A DNA stretch of 64,000 nucleotides from a virus (Duplodnaviria; Caudoviricetes): IMG/VR virus record IMGVR_UViG_2974677434_000001, positions 6,669 to 70,668 of that record. One strand, written 5' to 3'. The translations under genes and the position numbers were made by a program. Below the pieces are notes generated by a model. The model was not told the DNA's origin. It saw only the letters and a program-made list of their open reading frames with translations, and did not search any database. Below are positions 9,000 to 25,536 of the stretch, piece after piece. How positions within the stretch are numbered: the first letter of the stretch is position 1; each line of letters opens with the position of its first letter.

Positions 9000-9800
9000 A
9001 TGCCTGGCATCCAGCCCGTCAAGGGCCGACGCCTGCGGGCGACGAAGATCAACGGCTGCGGTATGCCCATCGCCGGGCCTCGCAACCGCCTCGTTACCGG
9101 CGGCTACGTCAGCCTCACGCTGACCCCGGTGATGCGGGAAGCCACCGACCTGACCCAGGACAACGCCGAGGGCAAGGAATGCTTCTCGGACCGCACCGCA
9201 CCCGAGCGCCGCTGGTACACCCCGGCGCTGGAGCTGTGCAACGTGAACACGGGTCTGCTGACCATGTTCACCGGCTGGGAGTCCATCCTCGACGCCAACG
9301 ATCTGCCGGTCGGCTTCCGCGACCAGAAGGAGATCGAGTCGGAGTTTGGCATCGCCCTGGAGCTGTGGACAGCCGGGAAGATGGAGGAGGACTGCGACGA
9401 GATTCCGACGACCGACGCGGTGCTCACCCAGACCGGCTCGGGTCGCAGCTACGGCTACTTCCTGTTTGGCGGGACGGAGTGGACGCCCGGCGACATCACG
9501 ATCGGCGCGACGGTCTCGACCTTCACGCTGACGGGCCGGACGATCGCCCTCCCGTCGTGGGGTCGCGGTCCGTACAACGTCACCCTCAACGCGGACGGCG
9601 ATCCCGCCCGCCTGCTCCAGCCGACGTCGAAGAAGGAGCACCTCACGGTGTTCCGTACCTACGTCGCGCCGCCGGAGCCGACCGAGGGCAGCGAGCCGGT
9701 CGCGTTGGCCACCAACACGATCTTTACCGCGCCCAACTTCTACTACGGCGGACCGGCCAACGAGCCGGAGGCCGACGTCGCACCTCCGCAGGCAGCGTAA
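9000..9800 (+). CDS. major tail protein
   Basis: AGGAGG SD; GRRLRATKINGCG and LELCNVNTGLL motifs typical of actinophage tail tubes; followed by terminator. Confidence 0.8.
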   Translation: MPGIQPVKGRRLRATKINGCGMPIAGPRNRLVTGGYVSLTLTPVMREATDLTQDNAEGKECFSDRTAPERRWYTPALELCNVNTGLLTMFTGWESILDANDLPVGFRDQKEIESEFGIALELWTAGKMEEDCDEIPTTDAVLTQTGSGRSYGYFLFGGTEWTPGDITIGATVSTFTLTGRTIALPSWGRGPYNVTLNADGDPARLLQPTSKKEHLTVFRTYVAPPEPTEGSEPVALATNTIFTAPNFYYGGPANEPEADVAPPQAA

Positions 9801-9826
9801 GCTCCTCGGCATCAGCGAAGCGGCAA

Positions 9827-9853
9827 CCGCCCCGGTCCTCTGGACCGGGGCGG
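9827..9853. terminator. hairpin between convergent genes
   Basis: Perfect 12-bp stem CCGCCCCGGTCC/GGACCGGGGCGG with 3-nt loop. Confidence 0.7.
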
Positions 9854-9868
9854 CTGTCGTTGTGGCGC

Positions 9869-10351
9869 TCAGCGCCCGCTGGCGCGCATCAGGGCGGCGT
9901 TGTCGGCGCGGTCCTGCTCCATGAGGGCCTCGGCGCTGCCTGCCGCCTTCAGGTGCCCGATGGCGGTGTGGATGTTGCCGGACAGGTTGCCGCCGGTCAC
10001 GTTCATCAGGAAGTGAGCGTGACGCACGACCGCGCCGCGATCGTTGGCGGCGACCGGCATCAGCGCCGCCGCCTGGCGGTCGTGCATCCGGCTGACCGCT
10101 TCGTCCGACATGAAGTAGGGCGACGGCTCCAGGACCAGCCCGCCGTCGGCGGTCGGCGTGCCCTCGGCGAGGATCGCCTCGGCGGCGTCGACATCGGGGC
10201 GCTCGGTGGCCTTGAAGATTCCAAGGCCCTGCTCGGCGATCACGCGGAGCGCGGCGTCGACAAGGCCCTGCTTGCCCAGCGCGAGGTGAAGTCCTCGCAG
10301 GAAGGCGTCGGTCTCCTCGGCGGTCAGCTCGCGGGTGTCGTAGTCGGTCAT
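9869..10351 (-). CDS. hypothetical early protein (160 aa), leftward insert in tail operon
   Basis: ATG 10351 with GAGGAGAGG SD and full promoter cassette. Confidence 0.75.
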   Translation of the reverse strand: MTDYDTRELTAEETDAFLRGLHLALGKQGLVDAALRVIAEQGLGIFKATERPDVDAAEAILAEGTPTADGGLVLEPSPYFMSDEAVSRMHDRQAAALMPVAANDRGAVVRHAHFLMNVTGGNLSGNIHTAIGHLKAAGSAEALMEQDRADNAALMRASGR

Positions 10352-10424
10352 GGTGTCCTCTCCTCGGCGGGACCATCCCGCCTCTGACAAATAGAAAGTT
10401 ACCCGACATCGGCAGGCATGTCAA
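10352..10424 (-). promoter_or_regulatory. early cassette copy 2
   Basis: TTGACA(10424-10419)-tgcctgccgatgtcggg-TAACTT(10401-10396), hairpin GGCGGGATGGTCCCGCC, SD. Confidence 0.85.
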
Positions 10425-10460
10425 CACATCGCCGACACCGCCGCGCGATACCCTGAGCGC

Positions 10461-11210
10461 GTGACATTCACCTGGCCCGTTGACCAGTCCGGTCTGCCCG
10501 AGCTGCCCGCCGTCGGCGACCCGCCCTCGGCGGAGTACATCAAGGCGGCGACCGAGCGCAACGCGGCGCTGAGCCTCGCGGTCCAGATCATGCACCGGCT
10601 CAGCGGTCGCCAGTTTGGCCTCGCCGAGCACACCGTCCGGCCATGCCGAGGGCGGCTGCCCGGCCACCACGGCGGCGGTCCCGTGACGAGCTACCTGCTG
10701 AGCTGGGAGGGTGACCGCTGGGTCAACTGGGCCTGCGGGTGCGTCGGCGCGTGCAAGCTCACTGGCCCGCGCCAGGTCCACCTCCCCGGCCCCGTCCACA
10801 GCGTCACCGAGGTGAAGATCGCGGGCGTCGTGCTCGATCCCGTCGTCTGGGTGGTCGAGGGCAACCTGCTCTACCGGCGCGAGACCACCTGGCCCCCGCA
10901 AGACCTCGGGCGTCCGCTCGGCGAGCCGAACACCTGGAGCGTGACCTACAAGCGCGGCATCCAGGTGCCCGCCGGGGTCGACGCACTGACCGGCATCCTG
11001 GCCAAGGAGATTCTCAAGGCGATTGCCGACGGCGGGCGCGAGTGCCGACTGCCGCGCACCGTGACGGTCGCCAGCCGCCAGGGGATCACCTACCGCGCCT
11101 ACGACCCGGCGGTGATCTACAAGACCGGCAAGGTCGGCATTCCCGAGATCGACCTCTGGCTCGCCAGCGTCAACCCGTCGGCCCTGATGTCCGCCCCGAG
11201 CGTGATCTGA
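10461..11210 (+). CDS. head-to-tail adaptor
   Basis: LAVQIMHRLSGRQFG and CRLPRTVTVASRQGIT motifs; position after major tail; likely leaderless (TACCCT 6 nt upstream). Confidence 0.7.
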   Translation: MTFTWPVDQSGLPELPAVGDPPSAEYIKAATERNAALSLAVQIMHRLSGRQFGLAEHTVRPCRGRLPGHHGGGPVTSYLLSWEGDRWVNWACGCVGACKLTGPRQVHLPGPVHSVTEVKIAGVVLDPVVWVVEGNLLYRRETTWPPQDLGRPLGEPNTWSVTYKRGIQVPAGVDALTGILAKEILKAIADGGRECRLPRTVTVASRQGITYRAYDPAVIYKTGKVGIPEIDLWLASVNPSALMSAPSVI

Positions 11211-11728
11211 TGCCGTGCAAGACCGACCCCGCCGGACCCGTCATCGACGCGGTGGCCGAGGCGCTGCTCGGGTGGTTCGCACCTAACGAGGAGTGCCCGC
11301 CCGCGATCGGCGCGGTGGAGACCGTGCGCTTCCTGGCCGGTGACTCCATCCCGCTGTCGGCGTGGAATAGCGTTGCGGGCTGCGACAATCCCTTCGCCTG
11401 GCTGCGCGTCATGTCGCGCTACCGCTCCTCGACCTTCCCGACGCCGACGACCGCGACCAACCCCTGCGGGCTGCCTCGCGTCGTGGCCATCGAGGTGGGC
11501 GTCGCGTGGTGCGCGGTGACCGACCAGGAGCCGCGCTGGGACGACTGGGCAGCCGAGGCGGCGAAGTCGCTCGATACCTCCTGGCGGCTGGAGGAGGCCC
11601 TCTGCGCCGCCTCGAAGAAGCTCGACCTGGCCGAGGAGCAGCGGCAAGTCGGGACCAGCACCCTGACCCCGTATGGTCCAGACGGGGATGCCATCGCCTG
11701 GACCGGCATCATCTACGCGAGCTTGTGA
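11210..11728 (+). CDS. putative head-tail connector / tail terminator
   Basis: TGATG coupling; synteny. Specific role is inferred. Confidence 0.55.
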   Translation: MPCKTDPAGPVIDAVAEALLGWFAPNEECPPAIGAVETVRFLAGDSIPLSAWNSVAGCDNPFAWLRVMSRYRSSTFPTPTTATNPCGLPRVVAIEVGVAWCAVTDQEPRWDDWAAEAAKSLDTSWRLEEALCAASKKLDLAEEQRQVGTSTLTPYGPDGDAIAWTGIIYASL

Positions 11729-11738
11729 GGAGCAGATC

Positions 11739-12065
11739 ATGGCCAAGGTAACCATCGAGGGCAGCCTGTCGCCGAGCGCGTACCTGGCACGCGGCGAGCG
11801 CCGCGAAGTCCAGCGCGACGAGCACGTCGAGAACCTGATCCGGCTGGGCTTCGTCAACGTCGTGGACGAGGACGGCGACGTCGAGCCTGCGCCGCTGCCG
11901 GAGCCGGTCAAGGCCCCGAGCAAGAGCGCGAGCCGCGACGACTGGGCGGAGTTCCTCGCCAAGTACACCGACATCGTGACCGAGGGCAAGAACCGCGACG
12001 CCCTCCAGGCCGAATACGACGAGTGGCTGGAGACCCACGACCTCCCCGCTGCTGACGCGGAGTAA
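11739..12065 (+). CDS. hypothetical protein (108 aa) in neck region
   Basis: GAGGAG SD before ATG 11739. Confidence 0.7.
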   Translation: MAKVTIEGSLSPSAYLARGERREVQRDEHVENLIRLGFVNVVDEDGDVEPAPLPEPVKAPSKSASRDDWAEFLAKYTDIVTEGKNRDALQAEYDEWLETHDLPAADAE

Positions 12066-12068
12066 CCC

Positions 12069-12485
12069 GTGGCGCGCGTCCGCGCTCGGGTCGAGATCAA
12101 CGAGCCAGCCCTGGAGCGCGAGTCGGGCGCGGAGCTGCGGCGCTTCCACCGCTCACTGACCCGGCGCATCGCCAACCAGGCCCGCGCCGACGTCCCGGTC
12201 CGCACCGGCAACCTGGGCCGGATGATGGCCGAGCAGCAGCAGGTCTATACGCCCTTCCACGTCAGCGGCGGCGTCGAGAACAACGCCGACTACGCCGCGC
12301 CGGTCCACGAAGGCAGCCGACCGCACAGGATCACCGCTCGCAACGCCGAGGCGCTCCACTTCTTCTGGCACGGGCGCGAGGTGTTCCGGCGCTCGGTGTG
12401 GCACCCAGGCACCCGCAGCAGGCCCTTCCTGCGCAACGCCGCCCGCCGCGTCGCGGGCAGCGACCCTCGCATCCGCATGTCGTAG
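12069..12485 (+). CDS. HK97 gp10-like neck/tail completion protein
   Basis: VPVRTGNL...YAAPVHEG...PFL motifs. Confidence 0.7.
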   Translation: MARVRARVEINEPALERESGAELRRFHRSLTRRIANQARADVPVRTGNLGRMMAEQQQVYTPFHVSGGVENNADYAAPVHEGSRPHRITARNAEALHFFWHGREVFRRSVWHPGTRSRPFLRNAARRVAGSDPRIRMS

Positions 12486-12546
12486 TTCCCCGCCCCTGTC
12501 GGGTATGCTCGCGCCGGAGACCTACTCACGACCTCGGGAGCAATTC

Positions 12547-13188
12547 ATGGCGCGGACCTTCGGCGAAAACGGCAAGCTCGGCGTGGCAGGCGGTGCCGCC
12601 CCCGACGAGGAGCAGCTCCAGCCGCCCGCCGACCTCACGGTCCCGAGCACCGACGAGAGCGAGCACACCGACGAGGACGCGCGCATCGAGGCGGCGATCG
12701 CCGAGGCGGCGACCGACGAGGACATCCTCAAGCCGGAGCCGGAGCCGGGCGTCAAGGTCGAGACCCCCGAGGTCATCGAGAAGCCGAAGCCGACGAGCAC
12801 CGAGGTGGCCCAGGTCGACATCGAGCCAGGGACCGCGATCGCCGCCGTCGAGCGCTTCGACGTCACGAAGTCCGGCGAGGCGTGGCCCTACGACATGCTG
12901 GAGTTTAAGGGCGACCTGCTCGGCGTCCGGCTGCCCGACCGCAAGGCCCTGGCGGCGTTCTCGCTGGCCAGCTCGAAGTACGTCAAGCTGGAGGTGAAGA
13001 ACGACCTCACGGGTCTGTTCATCGCCCGCCACCTGTCGCCGGAGTCCTACGGTCGCGTGTTCTCGCGCCTGATGGACCCCGACGAGGAGAGCTACGACGT
13101 CGAGACCGTCGGCGAGCTGTTCAACGCCGTTGTCACCGCCTCGCTGGAGGCCGACAAGGACGCAGCTAAGGGCAACGACGCGGGGTAA
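12547..13188 (+). CDS. tail assembly chaperone
   Basis: Immediately upstream of tape measure; GGGAG SD before ATG 12547; acidic N-terminus. Confidence 0.7.
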   Translation: MARTFGENGKLGVAGGAAPDEEQLQPPADLTVPSTDESEHTDEDARIEAAIAEAATDEDILKPEPEPGVKVETPEVIEKPKPTSTEVAQVDIEPGTAIAAVERFDVTKSGEAWPYDMLEFKGDLLGVRLPDRKALAAFSLASSKYVKLEVKNDLTGLFIARHLSPESYGRVFSRLMDPDEESYDVETVGELFNAVVTASLEADKDAAKGNDAG

Positions 13189-13207
13189 TCGCGCCCTACT
13201 GCGATAG

Positions 13208-19144
<5,937 letters not shown>

Positions 19145-19153
19145 GGAGACCCC

Positions 19154-20587
19154 GTGGCGTTTCGTGGCTACTTCGCCCTCGATGGGGTCGAGATCGCCAA
19201 CAGCAGCCGCGTCGTGTCGCACATCGGCGCAGAGGTGCCGACCAACGACCTCGGGCTGATGACCGCGCCCGGCGACTGCTCGGTCGACATGATCGCGCCC
19301 GACCGCCTGCTGGCCCCGCTGGGCCAGGGCGAGGTGCCCGTCGAGGCCGGTCGACTGCTCGGCACGCCGCCCAACGGCTCGCGGCTCTACGGGCCGGGCC
19401 TCGCGCTCGTCGGCGACTGCTGGGATACGTCCAACCTCTGCTTCGGCTGCCGGTCCTCGATCGAGTACGACGACAGTTGGACCGGCTTGCCGGACTTCCT
19501 CGATGATCACATCTACCGCCCCGAGCTGGCCCCGTGGGCGACCTCGCGGCTGCCGGAGTCGCTGGAGTTTGGCGGCGTCTGGGTGCTCGACGTCAAGGGC
19601 CTCGACGTCACGCCGACGAGCCGCGACGTCACCGAGAACGCGGGCGACGGCGGCGCGCCCGGCCCGTCGCGGGTGCCGAGCCGCAAGGTGTCCTTCGACG
19701 CCCTCCTGGTCGCCTGTACCAACGCGGGGCTGACCTATGGCCTCCAGTGGCTCGCAACCCAGCTCCGGTCCACCGAGGGGCGTAGGGACGCCGTTCTGCG
19801 CTACCTGGCGGCGCATCCCGAGCACTCCGACGTCGACCCGGCCAGCCTGGTGCGCGAGGTCCACGGCGTCATCCTGAGCCAGGAGCCACAGATCAGCGAG
19901 CTGATGAACACGACGCGCGGCGAGCACAGCCAGGCGACGATGGCCCGCGTCACCTGGGAGCTGACGGTCACCCGTCCGCACGCCTACAGCCCGCCCGTGG
20001 AGGTGCCGGTGATGTGGGATGAGATCACCGTCGAGCCGATCAAGTTCGTCCACGCCGCCGACTGCAAGAAGCCATATAGCTGCGAGCCGATGCCTGCGCT
20101 GTTCGCGCGCAACTGCCAGGTCGAGCGCATCGAGGTGGTCACCTCGCCGCCTCCGAATTGCGGCGGGTGCCTGCCGGTCTGCGCGGTGGCCAGCCACATC
20201 TTCAGGGTGCCGACCTTCGACTACCCGCTGCGCTCGCGCGAGACCGTGGCCAGCCTGGCGATCCGCAACACCTCGCCGCGCGACCTGACGATCCAGGGCT
20301 ACTGGCGGCGGTGCAACTTCCGCAGCGATTGCGACGACCAGCGCTTCCCGATCCAGGTCAACGAGCTGCCGCCGTCCGGCGAGCTGATCCTCGACGGGGT
20401 GGGTCGGAGCTACTGGGTCAACCTCGGCGGGCGCAAGCGCCGCCCCTTCGGGATCGTGGGCACGCCGACCGGCGCGCCGTGGCGTCCGGCCATCATCGAC
20501 CGCTCCCTCTGCTGGGAGTTCGTCATCGTCACCGACGGGATGGCGACCTTCGAGGTCGACATGACGCTGCGCGACCGCGAGGCGTAG
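19154..20587 (+). CDS. minor tail protein (distal tail-like)
   Basis: AAGGAG SD; first gene after tape measure; Cys-containing beta-rich protein. Confidence 0.75.
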   Translation: MAFRGYFALDGVEIANSSRVVSHIGAEVPTNDLGLMTAPGDCSVDMIAPDRLLAPLGQGEVPVEAGRLLGTPPNGSRLYGPGLALVGDCWDTSNLCFGCRSSIEYDDSWTGLPDFLDDHIYRPELAPWATSRLPESLEFGGVWVLDVKGLDVTPTSRDVTENAGDGGAPGPSRVPSRKVSFDALLVACTNAGLTYGLQWLATQLRSTEGRRDAVLRYLAAHPEHSDVDPASLVREVHGVILSQEPQISELMNTTRGEHSQATMARVTWELTVTRPHAYSPPVEVPVMWDEITVEPIKFVHAADCKKPYSCEPMPALFARNCQVERIEVVTSPPPNCGGCLPVCAVASHIFRVPTFDYPLRSRETVASLAIRNTSPRDLTIQGYWRRCNFRSDCDDQRFPIQVNELPPSGELILDGVGRSYWVNLGGRKRRPFGIVGTPTGAPWRPAIIDRSLCWEFVIVTDGMATFEVDMTLRDREA

Positions 20588-20591
20588 GCCG

Positions 20592-21656
20592 ATGACGGTC
20601 GTCACCGATAACCAGATCGTCAGCCTTCACACCGCCAGCGGCGTGCAATGGCTCGACTTCACGCCCGAGAACTACACCAGTTGCTCCTGGGGCCGGAAGC
20701 AGCGCGATGCGTCGAGCTGCGATCTGGTGCTGCCGCCCGGCGACGACGCGGTGGCCCTCTACGAGCGCATCGCCCAGTGGCGCGACTGGCTCAGTGTCTA
20801 CGACGGCGACGTCGGGACGCTGCTCTGGTCCGGCCCCATCCAGCAGACCCGGCGCGGTCGGCGCGGGCTGTCGATCAACGCCAAGGACCACGGGGCCTAC
20901 CTGCTGCGCACCCGTAATCCGATCACCCGGCGCTGGGATGGCGCGGACCCCTCGGCGGTGGCCGGGCGGCTGTGGGAGGCGATGGTCGAGGCCCAGGGCC
21001 TCACGTCGCGCGTGATCATCAACCCCGACCCCGAGGGCGACCGCTACGACTTCCAGGTGCTCACCGACGAGCAGATGCTCGACCAGACGATCCGCGACCT
21101 GGTGAACCTCGGGCTGAAGTGGACCGTGGTCAGCAACACCGCCATCATCGGCCCGCTCGGGCTGGAGCCGATCGCCACGCTGAGCGAGGACGACTTCCAG
21201 GGTGACGGGCTGGAGTTCATCCGCGACGGCAGCCAGACCTTCAACGACGTGCTGGTGCGCGGGCCGGACAACCTCGCGCGGGCGACCGTCGACTACTACG
21301 GGCAGAACCTCCAGACGATCGCCAACGTCGACTCGATGTTTGGCGTGTCCAACGTGAGCAAGGCGGCGCAGCAGTACGTCGGCCACACCGGCAAGGTCCG
21401 CACGCGCCTGGAGCTGGCGGCGGGCACCGAGCTGTCGCCGGACGCGCCGGTCTCGATCGAGGAGCTGATGCCCGCGACCCGCTTCGTGATCGAGGGCGAC
21501 GGCGTGCGCCAGCTATTCGAGCTGACCGCTGTCGACGTCGACCGCAGCTCGCGGGGCGCTAGCGTGAAGGTCACGATGGAGTCGGTCGAGGAGGACATCG
21601 AGCTGCTGGACACGAAGGACCAGCCAGTGATGACGCTGGGAGGTCAGACCCTATGA
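20592..21656 (+). CDS. minor tail protein (baseplate hub-like)
   Basis: Second gene after tape measure; typical size and position. Confidence 0.7.
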   Translation: MTVVTDNQIVSLHTASGVQWLDFTPENYTSCSWGRKQRDASSCDLVLPPGDDAVALYERIAQWRDWLSVYDGDVGTLLWSGPIQQTRRGRRGLSINAKDHGAYLLRTRNPITRRWDGADPSAVAGRLWEAMVEAQGLTSRVIINPDPEGDRYDFQVLTDEQMLDQTIRDLVNLGLKWTVVSNTAIIGPLGLEPIATLSEDDFQGDGLEFIRDGSQTFNDVLVRGPDNLARATVDYYGQNLQTIANVDSMFGVSNVSKAAQQYVGHTGKVRTRLELAAGTELSPDAPVSIEELMPATRFVIEGDGVRQLFELTAVDVDRSSRGASVKVTMESVEEDIELLDTKDQPVMTLGGQTL

Positions 21657-24133
21657 CGATCGCGCTGCCGGGCCGGGCACCGGCCAACGATCAAGAGCTG
21701 ATCCGGTCCTTCCACGATCGCATCCGCGCCCTGGAGCACGCCCGCACGCTGCGGGTCGGCCCCTGGGTGCTGGCGACCGACGCACTGACCGGCAACCTGG
21801 TGGCCAGCCGCCCCGGCCAGACCGTCCTGATCGACGGCGAGGGCGCGACCGAGGTCGAGCCGCAGTCCATCAACCTGTCGAAGCTGTCCAACTACGTCAC
21901 GACCTCCCAGCTCGATGACGCGCTCGCGGGCATCGGCGGCGGTGGTCTGCCCGACCTCGGCGAGATCGCGGAGTCGCTGTGGTCGAGCCTCTACGAGCAG
22001 CTCACCGGCCTGCTCAACCCGACCAACGCCCTCGCGGCGCTGGCTAACTTCTTCAAGCTGGAGCTGGGCGCGCCGATCACCAGCGACCGGCTGCCGCTGA
22101 TCCCGCTGTCGCACATCCGCAACGTCAATCCCAACCTGCTGGTCGACGGCTCCTTCGATGACGAGCGCACCCTCCTGGGCTTCCCAGATTGGGACTACGA
22201 CGAGGCCGACGGCAAGAGCCGCCCCGGCTGCGCCTACACGATCGCCGACGGGTCGACGCACGTCCTGCGGTCCAACGTGATCGAGGTCGGCACCGACGAC
22301 AAGATCGACTTCGAGGTCTGGACGAAGTGGATCGACCTGACCATGAGCGGGTCGTTGCCCATCAAGCTGTCGGTGGCCAGCTACCAGAAGGCGGCGGTCC
22401 CTGGTGGCCAGCCGACGCTGATCGGCGGCGGGCCGGTCGTGCTGGCCCAGGGCGGCGCAACGGGCAGCAGCGCGGGCTGGGTGAAGCTGTCGGCGACGAA
22501 CTGGGCACCGCCCGCCGGGGCCGACTTCATCCTCCTGGAGCTGACCGTCGCCGCCACCGCGACCAGCGGCGCGGTGAAGTTTGACGACGGCATCGTGCGC
22601 AAGACCGGCTCGCTGCCGCAGGGCTATGTCGACGGGCTGGTCTCGGCGCTGGCCCAGATCAACGCGCGCATCCAGGAGATTCTCAACAAGGCATGGGACG
22701 CGGTTTTCGGCGACGACGAGGGGATCATCGACCGCACCGCCGACGAGCTGGCGCTCGCGCTCAAGAACATCCCCGGCGCGAACGTCGTCGGCGTCGGCGC
22801 GGCGACGATGGTCGACACCATTACCGACATCCTCGATAACGTCTGGCGCGGCTTCACCCGCCAGGGCGGCAGCGGGAAGTCGATCGCCGACGTCGCCAAC
22901 GCGGCGACCAACGCCGCCGACACCGCCGACACCGGCCTGGAGGTCGGCGAGTGGAATAACGCGGTGATCGGCATCCGCGACAACACGCCGCTGGGGATGG
23001 GCACCGACCCGACGGCGGTCTCGATGTTCGACCGCCCGCAGGCGTCGCCGTCGACCGGCGACCTGCCCTTCATCAGCGTGACCAGCGCGGCGGTCCCGCT
23101 GGCCTTCTGGGTCTCGCCCAACGACGCGAAGCGCGGCTCGATCCAGTGGGTCGGGCGGGGCCTGACCAACGTCACCGCGCTCTACCTCGACTTCTACGCG
23201 GTCAACAAGGAGACCCAGACGGTCACCTTGCTGCACTCCAGCCCCGACCAGGTGCCCAAGCTCACCGCCAACTGGCAGAACCTCCGCTATGACATGGCCA
23301 CGCCGCTGCGCGTCGACACCGCTCACGGCGATCTGCTCGCCGTCGGCTTCCGCGTCACCGGCACCGGGTCGCACCAGGTCGCTGCCCGCCTCGATAACGC
23401 GACCTGGCCCGCCGACGCGGCGGCGATCCCGCGCCGCCCGAGCGCTCAGCGCGTCGGTGTCGGCAATACGACCCTCGGGGCGCTCACCTGGTCCGGCGAC
23501 ACGCCCTGGATCGCCCTGGGCATCGTGGAGGGCGACGTCGCGCCGCCGTACTTCGCACCGCGCACCCAGCAGATCGGTGCCGCCGGGGCCTGGGCCTACG
23601 AGATTCCGACCTGGGCCAACTTCGTGGACGTCATCAAGCTGGGCGATGGCGGCGGCGGTGCTGGCGGCAACGGCGGCGTCGGCATCGCTGGCGAGGGCGG
23701 CGACGCGGGCCAGTGGCACGCCGAGACCCTCCAGCGCGGCGTCCACTTCCCGAGCGCGGGCGCGACGCTGACCGGCCTGATTGGCGCGGGCGGCAACGCG
23801 GGCGCGCGTGAGTCCAACGGCGGCAACGGCTCCGGCACGACCCGCGCGGCGATCGCTGGCGGCGCGGCGGCGACGCTGGCAGCGGGCGGCGGTGGCGGCA
23901 CGGGCGAGGGCACCGATGGGGATTACATCTATGGCGACTCGCCGGGCAACTTCGTCTATCGCGGCGTGACCTACTTCGGCGGCAGCCGGGCGGTCGGCGG
24001 CAACGGCAACGGCGCGGCGGGTCAGCCTCCCGGCGGTGGCGGCGGTGGCGGTCAAGGCGGCTTCTACACCGTGGCCTGGCCCGGCGGTAAGGGCGGGCGC
24101 GGCGACGTCTGGATCGTGGCGAGGCAAAGCTGA
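21653..24133 (+). CDS. minor tail protein with carbohydrate-binding-like domain and Gly-rich C-terminus
   Basis: ATGA overlap; NPNLLVDGSFD motif; GGGGGGAGG repeats. Confidence 0.75.
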   Translation: MTIALPGRAPANDQELIRSFHDRIRALEHARTLRVGPWVLATDALTGNLVASRPGQTVLIDGEGATEVEPQSINLSKLSNYVTTSQLDDALAGIGGGGLPDLGEIAESLWSSLYEQLTGLLNPTNALAALANFFKLELGAPITSDRLPLIPLSHIRNVNPNLLVDGSFDDERTLLGFPDWDYDEADGKSRPGCAYTIADGSTHVLRSNVIEVGTDDKIDFEVWTKWIDLTMSGSLPIKLSVASYQKAAVPGGQPTLIGGGPVVLAQGGATGSSAGWVKLSATNWAPPAGADFILLELTVAATATSGAVKFDDGIVRKTGSLPQGYVDGLVSALAQINARIQEILNKAWDAVFGDDEGIIDRTADELALALKNIPGANVVGVGAATMVDTITDILDNVWRGFTRQGGSGKSIADVANAATNAADTADTGLEVGEWNNAVIGIRDNTPLGMGTDPTAVSMFDRPQASPSTGDLPFISVTSAAVPLAFWVSPNDAKRGSIQWVGRGLTNVTALYLDFYAVNKETQTVTLLHSSPDQVPKLTANWQNLRYDMATPLRVDTAHGDLLAVGFRVTGTGSHQVAARLDNATWPADAAAIPRRPSAQRVGVGNTTLGALTWSGDTPWIALGIVEGDVAPPYFAPRTQQIGAAGAWAYEIPTWANFVDVIKLGDGGGGAGGNGGVGIAGEGGDAGQWHAETLQRGVHFPSAGATLTGLIGAGGNAGARESNGGNGSGTTRAAIAGGAAATLAAGGGGGTGEGTDGDYIYGDSPGNFVYRGVTYFGGSRAVGGNGNGAAGQPPGGGGGGGQGGFYTVAWPGGKGGRGDVWIVARQS

Positions 24134-25500
24134 TGCCGGTCGGCTGGTTCCCAGACGCGGATATGTCGCCGGGGTTGATCATCCCCGGCTGGTGGGCTGT
24201 GCTCACGATCGACCCGCGCGAGGTCGCCGACCCCGTGCAGTCCGCCACCCTGATGACGGTCAAGGCGACCGCCGTCGCGCAGCTCGCTGCCGCCACCCAG
24301 TCGGCGGTCCTGCGCAAGATCGCCGTGATGAGCTTCGCGGAGTTCGCCGACCCGGTGAACCTCGCGGCGCTGGCCAAGATCGCCAAGGTCCAGCTCGCCA
24401 ACGTCAGCGCGTCGACCCAGGCGCTCGGCCTGGCCAAGGTGATGGGGATCGCCCTCGCGTCCGGCGCGGTGCCCGCCACCCAGTCCGCCGCGCTGGCGCG
24501 CATCAGCCCGATCCAGGTCGTCCGCACCGCGCCGAGCTTCCAGCAGGTCGGCCAGATTTACATCGGCGCGCTGAGCGTTGCGCGGATGGTCCCGAGCAGC
24601 CAGACCGGCAGCCTCGCGGGCATTTACACCCTGACGCTGGCCAACGCGGGCATCGCCAGCTCGCTGCTCGGCATCGAGCTGATCAGCGCCTTCACGCCCG
24701 TGACCCAGACCGACATCGTGCTCAGCGGGCAGTCCTTCCCCGTCGGCGCTCACGGCGTCTGGGTCGAGGTCGCCGGGGCGGGCGGCTCCGGCGGCGGCGC
24801 GGGCATCCGAGGCAGCACGGGCACCGGCAACGGCGGCGGCGGTGGCCAGGGCGGCGGACGCTGCCGGGTCTACGTCCCGTCGGAGCTATTCGGGTCCACC
24901 TGGTCGATCACGCGCGGCGCGGGCGGCACCGACAACCGCGCCCAGGGCACCCTCGGCGTTGCGGGCGGTGACACCGTTTTCTCGATCGACGGCGTGCCGG
25001 TCGTCTGGGCCAACGGCGGGCAAGGCGGCGGCACGACAACCAACCCCTTCGGCGGCAGCACGGGCGGAGCCGTCGGCGCGATCGGCGGCACCACGACCGA
25101 CTTCGCCGAGAACGGCGGGCCGGGTCAGGCGGGTGCGACGGCGGCGGGCCACCTCCCCGACAACACCGCCAACACGACCTACGCGGGGCCGGGCGGTGGC
25201 GGCGGCGGTGCCAACAAGTCGAGCGCCTACAACGGCGGCAACGGCGCATCGTCGCCGTATGTGGCGGGCGGCGCGAACGGCAACCCCGGCGGCAGCCCCG
25301 CGTCGGCCAGCCCCAACCCTGGCGGTGGCGGCGGTGGCGGTAATGCCGGGTCGGGCTTCGGTGCCAACGGTGCCAACGGCGGCGTCGGCTCGGGCATCGG
25401 CGCAGGCGGTGGAGGCGGTGGCGGCAAGGAAGGCATCTCGGGCAGCGGCGGACAGGGGCGCGCGGGCGGCATCGGATGGAATCAGCTCCAGTGGGTCTGA
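24133..25500 (+). CDS. Gly-rich minor tail protein
   Basis: TGATG coupling; extensive GGGG repeats. Confidence 0.7.
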   Translation: MPVGWFPDADMSPGLIIPGWWAVLTIDPREVADPVQSATLMTVKATAVAQLAAATQSAVLRKIAVMSFAEFADPVNLAALAKIAKVQLANVSASTQALGLAKVMGIALASGAVPATQSAALARISPIQVVRTAPSFQQVGQIYIGALSVARMVPSSQTGSLAGIYTLTLANAGIASSLLGIELISAFTPVTQTDIVLSGQSFPVGAHGVWVEVAGAGGSGGGAGIRGSTGTGNGGGGGQGGGRCRVYVPSELFGSTWSITRGAGGTDNRAQGTLGVAGGDTVFSIDGVPVVWANGGQGGGTTTNPFGGSTGGAVGAIGGTTTDFAENGGPGQAGATAAGHLPDNTANTTYAGPGGGGGGANKSSAYNGGNGASSPYVAGGANGNPGGSPASASPNPGGGGGGGNAGSGFGANGANGGVGSGIGAGGGGGGGKEGISGSGGQGRAGGIGWNQLQWV

Positions 25501-25536
25501 CCAGCAGGCCCACCCTCGACAGATAGGATCACCCGC

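Noticed and set aside
23640-25480. GGCGGC-rich repeats as a repeat element or DGR target
   Set aside because: Explained by glycine-rich tail protein coding; no reverse transcriptase or template/variable repeat pair seen.
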